Origin: a virus
DNA length: 64,000 nt
Direction: 5' to 3' (one strand)
Virus record (IMG/VR): IMGVR_UViG_3300037516_000306
Span: 49,563 to 113,562 of that record
The position numbers were made by a program, and so were the translations under genes. The notes under the pieces were generated by a model. That model ran no database searches, was not told the DNA's origin, and saw only the letters and a list, made by a program, of their open reading frames with translations. Position 1 is the stretch's first letter. Each line of letters begins with the position of its first letter. Shown piece by piece: positions 19,806-28,516 of this stretch.

Positions 19806-20379
19806 TTTAGATGTTATATTCTTATTGAAGTTGATAGACGAGCAGTATGATGTTTCTCCACTATGTGAGGGAAGTATGAAGATTGCTTCTGTCTATCAAA
19901 CTTTGATAAGGAAAGCACTGATAACCAACACTGATGAAAAGCTCACAACATTAGGTAGAGACCTATTAGAATTCATGAATGCTAAAAGTACAGGAAGACT
20001 GATAAAGAGAAAACCTGCAACTACAGACTTTGAAGAGTGGTGGAAGAACTACCCAGGTACTGATTCATTTGAGTATAAAGGTAAAACATTTAAAGGTACC
20101 AGAGCTATTAGAAAAGGTAAAGATGAATGTAGACTTAAGTTTGATAAGATTATACTGGAGGGAGAATATACAGCTCAACAGCTTATAGCTGCTCTTGAAT
20201 ATGAACTCTTGCAGAAGAAAGAATCTTCTATTGTTAATAATGATAATAGAATGACATTCATGCAGAACAGTGTAACTTATTTAAATCAGAGAGCTTTTGA
20301 GGCTTACATAGAACTAATTAATGAAGGAGCTAAGGTAGACATAGCACCACAGAAACCAAGAGGAGGTACAGACATATGA
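19750..20379 (+). CDS. Putative replication initiator/helicase-loader-like protein
   Basis: FEEWWKNYP and TYLNQRAFE resemble phage replisome organiser C-termini; upstream of DnaB. Confidence 0.5.
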   Translation: MKLAVTPEQFEELIKRGYNLDVIFLLKLIDEQYDVSPLCEGSMKIASVYQTLIRKALITNTDEKLTTLGRDLLEFMNAKSTGRLIKRKPATTDFEEWWKNYPGTDSFEYKGKTFKGTRAIRKGKDECRLKFDKIILEGEYTAQQLIAALEYELLQKKESSIVNNDNRMTFMQNSVTYLNQRAFEAYIELINEGAKVDIAPQKPRGGTDI

Positions 20380-20594
20380 AACAACGAGTTATTACATTTG
20401 ATGATAGAACAGTTGAACTGTATGATGAATTAGAACTAAAAGATGCACCAGACATTTACATTTATGAAGATGGATGTGGTTATGAGCCAAAAGGAGTTTT
20501 TACTGAGTATGAGTCATTAAAAGAAGCTATGAAAGAAAATCGTAGATCAAGAATAAGTAGATATCCATCTAAAAACATAAACAATGAGTTTTGA
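20376..20594 (+). CDS. Hypothetical protein
   Basis: Coupled ORF. Confidence 0.5.
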   Translation: MKQRVITFDDRTVELYDELELKDAPDIYIYEDGCGYEPKGVFTEYESLKEAMKENRRSRISRYPSKNINNEF

Positions 20595-21651
20595 ACTATT
20601 AAATGCAGAGGTTGAGAAAGGTCTTAATGATCTAAACAGAGGGATACCAATGGGATTTGATCGCTTGACTAGATATGTAGGTATTCGTAAGAGTATGTAT
20701 TATCTTGTAGGTGGACTAACTGGTTCAGGTAAAACTTCGTTCATTGATGATGCTTTTGTTCTTAATCCTGTTGATTGGGCTCTTTCTAAAGAAGGCCTAG
20801 CTTCAGGTATAAAGGTGAAAGTGTGGTATAGGTCCATGGAGAGAAGTAGAACTTATAAGATGGCCAAATGGGTATCTCGTAAAATATTTCTAGACCAGGG
20901 TATTATTATTCCTGTAGGTAAGTTGCTTGGTTGGACTGAGAAGATGACTAAAGATGAACATGACTTGTTTCTACACTACAGAGATTATGTAGAACAACTA
21001 AGTGAAATCGTTACAATCATTGATGGACCAGAGAACCCTGTAGGTATAGCTAAAGAACTAAAAGACTATGCTCTACAGAATGGTGAAATACAGCAGCTTG
21101 ACAAGTGGAATAAAATATATGTTCCTAATGATCCAAGTCAAATAACTATTGTGGTTATTGACCACATTGGTTTACTTAAGCTTACTAAAGATCAACCTAC
21201 CAAGAAGCAAGCCATTGATAAGATGTCTGATGAGCTGAGATATGCTAGAGACTTCTATGGTTATTCACCAGTGGTTGTTAGTCAGTTCAATCGTGACATC
21301 TCTAATCCTGCAAGGATAAAGAATGGTGATGTAGAACCTCAACTAGAGGATTTTGCAGACAGTTCTGCAACACAGAATGATGCTGATGTTGTTATGGCAT
21401 TATTTGATCCTATGAGATACAAGGTTGCAGACCCATCAGGTTATGATCTAGATAAACTAAAGGATGAGTTCGGTGCTAAGTATTTCAGAAGCTTAAGACT
21501 AATCAAGAATTCTTATGGTGAAGATGATGTGCGTATTGGTTTGGGCTTCTTAGGCCAGATTGGTATGTTCAAAGAGCTTCCTAGAAAGAAAGACATCACA
21601 GACAGTGATTATGAATCTATTACTAACAAATCATATTTCCTAAGAGAATGA
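20584..21651 (+). CDS. dnaB: DnaB-like replicative helicase
   Basis: GLTGSGKT, SME, VVIDHIGL, SQFNR, QNDADVVM. Confidence 0.88.
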   Translation: MSFELLNAEVEKGLNDLNRGIPMGFDRLTRYVGIRKSMYYLVGGLTGSGKTSFIDDAFVLNPVDWALSKEGLASGIKVKVWYRSMERSRTYKMAKWVSRKIFLDQGIIIPVGKLLGWTEKMTKDEHDLFLHYRDYVEQLSEIVTIIDGPENPVGIAKELKDYALQNGEIQQLDKWNKIYVPNDPSQITIVVIDHIGLLKLTKDQPTKKQAIDKMSDELRYARDFYGYSPVVVSQFNRDISNPARIKNGDVEPQLEDFADSSATQNDADVVMALFDPMRYKVADPSGYDLDKLKDEFGAKYFRSLRLIKNSYGEDDVRIGLGFLGQIGMFKELPRKKDITDSDYESITNKSYFLRE

Positions 21652-21860
21652 TAAGAAAAGAAAAACCAGAAGGATTTGTTCCTCTCTTTAAAGAGCAGAG
21701 CAATGAAGAACAATTCATGTTTAAGAATGATGAATGGGTTAGAACTAACGAAACAAACATTAGTGGAATGTGGTTTAATTGGGGAAGACGTGAAGATCAA
21801 TCTAAATATGAAGATGAAGATAAATTTGTTGTTTATGGATATATAAAGAAAGAAGAATGA
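21648..21860 (+). CDS. Hypothetical protein
   Basis: Coupled ORF. Confidence 0.5.
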   Translation: MIRKEKPEGFVPLFKEQSNEEQFMFKNDEWVRTNETNISGMWFNWGRREDQSKYEDEDKFVVYGYIKKEE

Positions 21861-22072
21861 AATTAGATGACTTAATACAAGTTAAATCTGAATTGAAAAG
21901 ATTTTCAGATACAGTGGATGAAGCTATTAAGTTAGCTAAAACTACAGAAGGTTGGAAGAGCTCAATAGATAATACTATTTTTGGCAAACATGATATCTCT
22001 GGTACCAGAATGTCTGGTGCTGTTAAGAGAAGAGCTTTAGATCTTAGATATTATTTAACAAAGAAGCTATGA
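21857..22072 (+). CDS. Hypothetical protein
   Basis: Coupled ORF. Confidence 0.5.
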   Translation: MKLDDLIQVKSELKRFSDTVDEAIKLAKTTEGWKSSIDNTIFGKHDISGTRMSGAVKRRALDLRYYLTKKL

Positions 22073-23148
22073 CAAAATCAAAAGATGAAATACAACAAGA
22101 AATAATAAATACAATTGTAAATGCTAATTGTAAAGGAATTGTATTATCTTCTGTTAGAAGTGGAAAAACAAGAATGATTTTAGAATCTATTAGAAAACAT
22201 TCTTTAGAAGATGCCCCATTAATATTCTTAGCCTATCCCAATATAGATATCAAAAATTCTTGGGAAAAGGAATGTGAATTGATTGATTATCATCCAGAGT
22301 TTATATTCTCTACATTTATGTCTTTAGAAAAAATGAAGAGTGTAAAAGCATCATATTATATATTTGATGAAGCTCATTTGCTTGGAGAAGAAAATCAATT
22401 ACCAATAGCAGGAAAAATAGCTAAGAACAATAAACATGTAATATTTGCTTCTGGTACATATAACAAAGAAACTCTTTCTGATATTAAACTATATACAGGA
22501 ATGAAAATGATAGTTAACTATAGTACAGAAGAAGCAATTAAAGATGGAATTGTAAGTGATTTTAGTATTTTTATTCATCAGTATGATTTAGACAATTCTA
22601 ATTATATACAATTTGGAAAATTTAAAAAATGGAACTCTACAGAAAAAAAAGAATGTAATAGACTTGGTAATAGAATTCTTAAAACTTATGGACAACAAAA
22701 AATGTTTGCTGCTTTAGAAAGAATGAGATTTATAAATTCTACAAATTCTTTATTTAATGCAGTAAATAATTGGATAAAATCTAATTCCAATGAAAGGTTT
22801 ATATTGTTTAGCTCTAGTGAAAAAACAGGAGAGAGATACGAACTTCCTATGTTTAACAGTAAAAGTAAAGATGATAGTGTATTGAAAGCATTTCAAGATG
22901 GTGATATAAATAAACTTTGTCTTATCAAGAAAGCATCTGCAGGTGTTACATTTCCTAATCTTTCTAATATTCTTATTACAGCTATTAATAGTAATGGTGA
23001 GAATCTAGAACAGATGATAGGTAGATCATTATTAGATGATACAGAACATTCTAACATACATATATTTGTTAGCAATGAAACATTTCAACAGAATTGGCTT
23101 AAAAAAAGCTTAGAATCAATTAGTAAAAACAAAATAAAATACATATAA
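22069..23148 (+). CDS. Superfamily 2 (DEAH) helicase
   Basis: SGKT, FDEAH, SGT, QMIGR. Confidence 0.8.
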   Translation: MTKSKDEIQQEIINTIVNANCKGIVLSSVRSGKTRMILESIRKHSLEDAPLIFLAYPNIDIKNSWEKECELIDYHPEFIFSTFMSLEKMKSVKASYYIFDEAHLLGEENQLPIAGKIAKNNKHVIFASGTYNKETLSDIKLYTGMKMIVNYSTEEAIKDGIVSDFSIFIHQYDLDNSNYIQFGKFKKWNSTEKKECNRLGNRILKTYGQQKMFAALERMRFINSTNSLFNAVNNWIKSNSNERFILFSSSEKTGERYELPMFNSKSKDDSVLKAFQDGDINKLCLIKKASAGVTFPNLSNILITAINSNGENLEQMIGRSLLDDTEHSNIHIFVSNETFQQNWLKKSLESISKNKIKYI

Positions 23149-23222
23149 AACTTGACTTTGTTGAGAATTTGTTGTATCTTTATAGAATAAAATTAAATAA
23201 TTAATAACTAAAGCAAAAAACA

Positions 23223-23894
23223 ATGGCAAGTAAATTAGTAGGGATTGTTGGTGCAACAGGTACAGGTAAATCAACTAGTATCAAACATCTAAATCCAGAA
23301 GAAACGTACATTATTAATGTTGCAAAGAAGGAGCTTCCTTTTAAGGGCTCTGAGAAACTTTACAACGCAGAAAAGAAGAATTACAAGGAAGTAGATGATG
23401 CAAATGAGATCTCTCGTTTGTTGAAGACTATTTCTGAAAAAGCTCCTCACATTAAGAACATTATTATCGAAGACTCTAATTACATTATGGGATTCAATAT
23501 AGTGGCAAAAGCAACTGAAGTGGGATTCACCAAGTTTAGCGTTATGGCTAGAGATATGGTTGATCTGTTTAGAACTGCTAGACAATTACGTGATGACATC
23601 ACTGTGTTCTATTTAACTCACCCAGAAACTATTGAAGATGGTGGAGAGATTATAGGATACAAAATCAAAACTGCAGGTAAATTGATTGATAACCAAGTGT
23701 TATTAGAAGGACTGTTAACTGTTTGTCTTTACACTAACGTAGAGGAAACAAAAGATGGTGGTGCTACATATACATTTGTAACCAATCGATATAAGAAAAT
23801 GCCTGCAAAGAGTCCAGATGGTATGTTTGCAGAAACAAAAATACCAAATGACTTACAACTAGTAGTGAATACATTAAATGAATATTATAACTAA
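23223..23894 (+). CDS. AAA (Sak4-like) ATPase
   Basis: GATGTGKS, IIIEDS; common crAss replication-module ATPase. Confidence 0.75.
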   Translation: MASKLVGIVGATGTGKSTSIKHLNPEETYIINVAKKELPFKGSEKLYNAEKKNYKEVDDANEISRLLKTISEKAPHIKNIIIEDSNYIMGFNIVAKATEVGFTKFSVMARDMVDLFRTARQLRDDITVFYLTHPETIEDGGEIIGYKIKTAGKLIDNQVLLEGLLTVCLYTNVEETKDGGATYTFVTNRYKKMPAKSPDGMFAETKIPNDLQLVVNTLNEYYN

Positions 23895-23906
23895 AATTAA
23901 ATTAAG

Positions 23907-24779
23907 ATGAGTAGTATCGGAGGAAAAAAGAGAGAAAACACAGGAAATAGTGATTTCGGAAAGAAAGTAGGTTTGTTTGAAGCAAACGTAATTGCAATTA
24001 ACCCAACAATAGAAGAGTTTAAAGATAAACTTGGAATGGAACTTAAAGAAGATAGCAAAGCTGCTGAGTATTTAGGTGAAACAAAAGATGGTAACAGCTA
24101 TCTACGTGTTGATTTCTGGTTAGAAGAAGTTAAAAATCAAGACAAATTTAAGGTGAGCTTCTTCTTGGAAGACAAGGAGAGAGAAAATAAAGATGGTACT
24201 AAGAATCAGTATATCAATTCTATTGGTATGTGTTCTTGGGCTGCTGATGAAAATGATCTGGCTGAATGGTTTACTAAAGGAAGAGATTATCGTGTAGCTT
24301 ATACAGGTGAAGAAGATCTTTACAACTTTATGAGAACTTGGTTAGCTGATCTTGACTATCGTGATGCTGACACTGTTCTACAATTAGAATGGAAGAAGTT
24401 AATGAGAGGTAATGTTAAAGATTTGAAAGATCAAATTGGTGGTGAGTGGGCTAAATCTGTTGTAGCTCTTGCAACTGTAATAGTTAAAGAGAGAGATGGA
24501 GAGTCTAAAGAGTATCAAGGAATTTATAATAAAGCTTTCTTAGGTGGATATGCACTAAAACAATTCAGACTTGTTGATTATGGAAGTAAAAGAATTCAAA
24601 CTGATCTTAAGAACAAGAAGCCTCGTGACTTAAAAGCACATGAGAAGTTTGTTGTGAATGTTGTAGGTGAGTATGGTTGTAAAGACTATTTCACATTTAA
24701 AGACCTTCAAGACTATAATGCAGATGATAACCTTGTGGCCTCTGATGCTTATATCTCTGATGATGGTAGCGATTATTAA
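23907..24779 (+). CDS. Putative single-stranded DNA-binding protein
   Basis: Follows the ATPase; acidic C-terminus ending in an aromatic residue (SDDGSDY); followed by terminator. Confidence 0.5.
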   Translation: MSSIGGKKRENTGNSDFGKKVGLFEANVIAINPTIEEFKDKLGMELKEDSKAAEYLGETKDGNSYLRVDFWLEEVKNQDKFKVSFFLEDKERENKDGTKNQYINSIGMCSWAADENDLAEWFTKGRDYRVAYTGEEDLYNFMRTWLADLDYRDADTVLQLEWKKLMRGNVKDLKDQIGGEWAKSVVALATVIVKERDGESKEYQGIYNKAFLGGYALKQFRLVDYGSKRIQTDLKNKKPRDLKAHEKFVVNVVGEYGCKDYFTFKDLQDYNADDNLVASDAYISDDGSDY

Positions 24780-24796
24780 TTCAATTAATTGTTAGT

Positions 24797-24833
24797 AAGA
24801 GCCCTCATCAGAAATGGTGAGGGTTTTTTATTT
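24797..24833 (+). terminator. Rho-independent terminator
   Basis: AAGAGCCCTCATCA-GAAA-TGGTGAGGGTTTTT. Confidence 0.75.
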
Positions 24834-24840
24834 TAAAGCT

Positions 24841-25842
24841 ATGATAAAAGGAAGAAAAAGAATAAACTTAACACCTGATGCTATACTAGATAAGATATCT
24901 GAATATGATATCTATAAGATGTATATGCCACATCAGAACTGGAAAATTAATGTAGTTACTTATTCTCCCTTTAGAAATGAAAAACATCCATCATTCATTA
25001 TAGGATATAGAGGAGGAGCATTGAGATTTATAGATTTTGGAGATTCCAGCAAGAAAGGTGGATGCTTTGATTTTATAATGATGCTCTTCAATATACCATT
25101 GCGTGAAGCATTGATGATGATTGATAGAGATTTTGACCTAGGGATTATGAATGCATCCTCTACAAAGAATTACGAGAGGATTATTTCTGATTATGCACAA
25201 CCAACTGCTACATCTAAACGTGAGTTCTTTATTCAAGTGAAAACAAGAAACTTCACACACGAAGAACTAGCATATTGGAATGGATATTATCAGGACATAG
25301 ATGATCTTAGAGCTAACAATGTATATTCAATTGATACAGTATTTCTTAACAAACAAAAGTTTCCTATAAAGGATACAGAGTTGAGATTTGGTTATCTATA
25401 TGAAGGACATTGGAAGATTTATAGACCATTTGCAGACAAGAAGAATAAGTGGATGCCTAATAATGTACCTATTACAATGATGGATGGACTACAAGATATC
25501 AAAGATTGTGATGTAGCATTTATCAATAAGAGTAAAAAGGATTACATGGTAATGAAAAAAGTATTTCCATGTTGTTGTGCTGTGCAGAATGAAGGACTTG
25601 GTTGTTTCTCTGAAGAGAACGTTGAGTACATTAAGGAAAATTCTGATGTCCAAATATTAAGCTTCGATAGTGATGAAACTGGTGTAAAGAATTCTCAACT
25701 GATAACTGAAAAGTTTGGGTTTGAGTATTGCAATGTACCTAGAATCTATCTAGATGAAGGAATTAAAGATTGGGCTGATTTAGCACGCATACATGGATTA
25801 AAGACAATTGAGAAATATTTAACACAAAGAGAACTAATATGA
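24841..25842 (+). CDS. DNA primase (crAss-type)
   Basis: SPFRNEKHPSF, TOPRIM-like SFDSDETG, KDWAD; start ATG 24841. Confidence 0.82.
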   Translation: MIKGRKRINLTPDAILDKISEYDIYKMYMPHQNWKINVVTYSPFRNEKHPSFIIGYRGGALRFIDFGDSSKKGGCFDFIMMLFNIPLREALMMIDRDFDLGIMNASSTKNYERIISDYAQPTATSKREFFIQVKTRNFTHEELAYWNGYYQDIDDLRANNVYSIDTVFLNKQKFPIKDTELRFGYLYEGHWKIYRPFADKKNKWMPNNVPITMMDGLQDIKDCDVAFINKSKKDYMVMKKVFPCCCAVQNEGLGCFSEENVEYIKENSDVQILSFDSDETGVKNSQLITEKFGFEYCNVPRIYLDEGIKDWADLARIHGLKTIEKYLTQRELI

Positions 25843-25996
25843 GTATAGAAGAATTAATTACAGAGATTCAAGATAACATCGAATGGTTAGAAACTATGGA
25901 TTTGCTTTTTGAAGTGGAATGCATTAGTGTAGAAAACTTAGAAGTTATACTTAGTAAATTTTTATCAAAAGAAATTAAATTAACATTAGAATAATT

Positions 25997-26755
25997 ATGG
26001 AAAATTACAACACAGCAAGAGGGATGCTGCTAGCTGCACCAGTTCCTCAACAGACACGCACTTACAAACCAGTGAGTCATTTAGAATTAATGGACCTAAC
26101 ACTTGAGAGTATTCATCAAGCAGGGTTTACCCTAGACCAAGAGCTTTACACCTCAGCAAGAGATGGTAAAGTTGCTAATGGTAAGTTCACAATTAAGAAT
26201 GTAGCTGATAGTGAGATGCAATTACAAATAGGATGGCAGAATAGCTATGATAAATCATTATCATTGAAGTTTGCTATTGGTACCAGAATATTCATTTGTG
26301 AGAATGGATGTGTTAGTGGTGATTATGGAGCTTTCAAACATAAACATGTTGGAGAGATTCAAACATTCACACCACAAGCTATCACAGATTACATTATGGA
26401 TGCTGGAGAAGCTTTCACTAGAATGCAAACAGAGAGAGAATCAATGAAACAAATCATTCTTGATAGAAGAGCTCAGGCTGAACTAATAGGACGTATGATC
26501 ATTGATGAACAATTCATTGAATCTACACAGCTTAACATCATCAGGAGAGAGCTTGAGAAGCCTACACATGATTATGGTGCAGAGAATAGCTTATGGGAAT
26601 TGTATCAGTTTACTACATTTAGTATGAAAGAGATGCACCCAAGCTTATGGATGGGTAATCACATTGAAGCTCATTCATTCTTCTTAGATGCTGCAGGTCT
26701 TGTTAGCAAGCCTATTCGTAAACCAAATGTTCAATTAGAATTATTTGCTGTGTAA
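25997..26755 (+). CDS. DUF932-like protein
   Basis: NSYD.S...RIFICENG, SLWELYQ..T. Confidence 0.7.
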   Translation: MENYNTARGMLLAAPVPQQTRTYKPVSHLELMDLTLESIHQAGFTLDQELYTSARDGKVANGKFTIKNVADSEMQLQIGWQNSYDKSLSLKFAIGTRIFICENGCVSGDYGAFKHKHVGEIQTFTPQAITDYIMDAGEAFTRMQTERESMKQIILDRRAQAELIGRMIIDEQFIESTQLNIIRRELEKPTHDYGAENSLWELYQFTTFSMKEMHPSLWMGNHIEAHSFFLDAAGLVSKPIRKPNVQLELFAV

Positions 26756-26937
26756 TGGAAGAGCTTGTGCAATGGGCTAGATCATTGAAGAATGAACACC
26801 CAGATAAGTTTGATGAAATATGGGACTTTGTTTCTCTATGTCATGATGAAATAGAAGAAGGAGGTTCTCCTACACACGAGATAGAATTATGTAAAGAATC
26901 AATTAGACAATTAATAGAAGATGACACAGAAAATTAA
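26755..26937 (+). CDS. Hypothetical protein
   Basis: Coupled ORF. Confidence 0.5.
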   Translation: MEELVQWARSLKNEHPDKFDEIWDFVSLCHDEIEEGGSPTHEIELCKESIRQLIEDDTEN

Positions 26938-27160
26938 AATAGGAAACCTTACTGTTGAAGTGTTCTTCAATGAGTATGACAAAAAGAATAAAACTCAAAG
27001 ACAAATTCCAGGTCATGATCTAACCATGAAAGATAGATATGCTATCAATAATGAATTAGATAATACTGATTTTGGAGAGTTTTATAAACATGAGAGTGGT
27101 GATATTGAAATCACAGGTATGTTCAATGTTGTAGATAGCAGAGGAGATGAATTGGACTAA
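26921..27160 (+). CDS. Hypothetical protein
   Basis: ORF track. Confidence 0.5.
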   Translation: MTQKIKIGNLTVEVFFNEYDKKNKTQRQIPGHDLTMKDRYAINNELDNTDFGEFYKHESGDIEITGMFNVVDSRGDELD

Positions 27161-27866
27161 TTTCAAATCACAATTTCATCCATCATGGCATGCTAAGATG
27201 AGGTCATTCATAGAGAGTGAACAGTGTGATAAGATTTATGCATTTCTAAAAGCAGAGAGTAAGAGGGGTAAAAGAGTTGCCCCTCTCTCTAATGCTGTTT
27301 GGAGATGTTTCTTTGAGACACCATTAGATGAAGTTAAAGTGGTGATGGTGGGCCTATGTCCTTATCACACACTTAGAGATGATGCTCCAGTAGCAGATGG
27401 ATTACTTATGGGTTGTTCTATAACAGGTAAATTACAACCTACACTAGAACAGTTCTATTCAGGTATTGAGAAAGAGTTGTATAATGGATTGAATCTAAAC
27501 TATAGACCAACACCAGATGTAACTTATCTATCAGCACAGGGAGTGTTAATGTTAAACGCAGCTCTAACCACAGAAATTAATAAAGCAGGCTCTCATTTAG
27601 ATATATGGGAACCATTTATGAAATATCTGTTTGAAGAGGTGATTAACTATTTAGGAGTGCCTATAGTGTTTCTTGGTAAAGATGCAGCTAGGTATAAGAA
27701 ATATACAGGAATCTTTGCTCATGTGTTTGAACTTAGTCATCCAGCAAGTGCTGCTTACAAGAACAGCGAATGGGATACAGAGGGAACATTTAGCAAGATA
27801 GATGTATTATTAGAAGAAAACAATGGATTTGGTGTACAATGGTTAGACATGGATACACCGTTTTAA
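27147..27866 (+). CDS. ung: Family 1 uracil-DNA glycosylase-like protein, atypical active site
   Basis: VKVVMVGLCPYH (canonical GQDPYH), QGVLMLNAALT, SHPAS. Confidence 0.8.
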   Translation: MNWTNFKSQFHPSWHAKMRSFIESEQCDKIYAFLKAESKRGKRVAPLSNAVWRCFFETPLDEVKVVMVGLCPYHTLRDDAPVADGLLMGCSITGKLQPTLEQFYSGIEKELYNGLNLNYRPTPDVTYLSAQGVLMLNAALTTEINKAGSHLDIWEPFMKYLFEEVINYLGVPIVFLGKDAARYKKYTGIFAHVFELSHPASAAYKNSEWDTEGTFSKIDVLLEENNGFGVQWLDMDTPF

Positions 27867-27885
27867 CAATTAAAAAATAGAAAAC

Positions 27886-28209
27886 ATGGCAGAAGCAACA
27901 ACAGGTCAATTAGATCAAATGATTGAAAGTAAAATCAATCAAAAAATAAATGATTTTACTCGAAGTCTAACAGATCAAATACAGAAGTTTCTTGAAGACA
28001 ATGGGGAATATTCTCCAACTAGAATTCAAGTGGCAGATGAATGGAAATCACAAGGTCATAATGGTAGCAAATCTCCAACTAGTTACACTAGTGTTTATTT
28101 AAGTGATTTTAATAAATCACTTTCTACTGGAATAGGTGATGCTGTTAAGAAAAAGATGATTGCTAGAGCAACAAAAGATTTATTAGATAAAGTATCATTA
28201 TTAAGTTAA
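27886..28209 (+). CDS. Hypothetical protein
   Basis: ORF track. Confidence 0.55.
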   Translation: MAEATTGQLDQMIESKINQKINDFTRSLTDQIQKFLEDNGEYSPTRIQVADEWKSQGHNGSKSPTSYTSVYLSDFNKSLSTGIGDAVKKKMIARATKDLLDKVSLLS

Positions 28210-28214
28210 GTATT

Positions 28215-28505
28215 ATGGAAAACAGAGAAATTACAATTGAAGAATTGGAAAAAGGAGATGAAGTGATCATTCATGGGAATGGTTACATCCAATATGTGAG
28301 AGTTCTTAGACCACTAAAATTAGGTAAGGTTCCTAATTGGAGAGGTGACACATATTATTCTAGAGTGAAATGTTCTTTTGTAGAACCTTCTACACATTCA
28401 TGGGATAGAAGAGGAACATTAACAGGAGAAGGACACAATAAAGAGAAATACGTAGATTTTAATTACAGAAACATTTGGTTAGTAAAAAGAGAAAATAACA
28501 ATTAA
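28215..28505 (+). CDS. Hypothetical protein
   Basis: ORF track. Confidence 0.55.
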   Translation: MENREITIEELEKGDEVIIHGNGYIQYVRVLRPLKLGKVPNWRGDTYYSRVKCSFVEPSTHSWDRRGTLTGEGHNKEKYVDFNYRNIWLVKRENNN

Positions 28506-28516
28506 ATTAAAGCAAG

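Noticed and set aside
22069-23148. AT-richer SF2 helicase as a mobile element
   Set aside because: No transposase, terminal repeats or homing nuclease; it occupies the usual replication-module position
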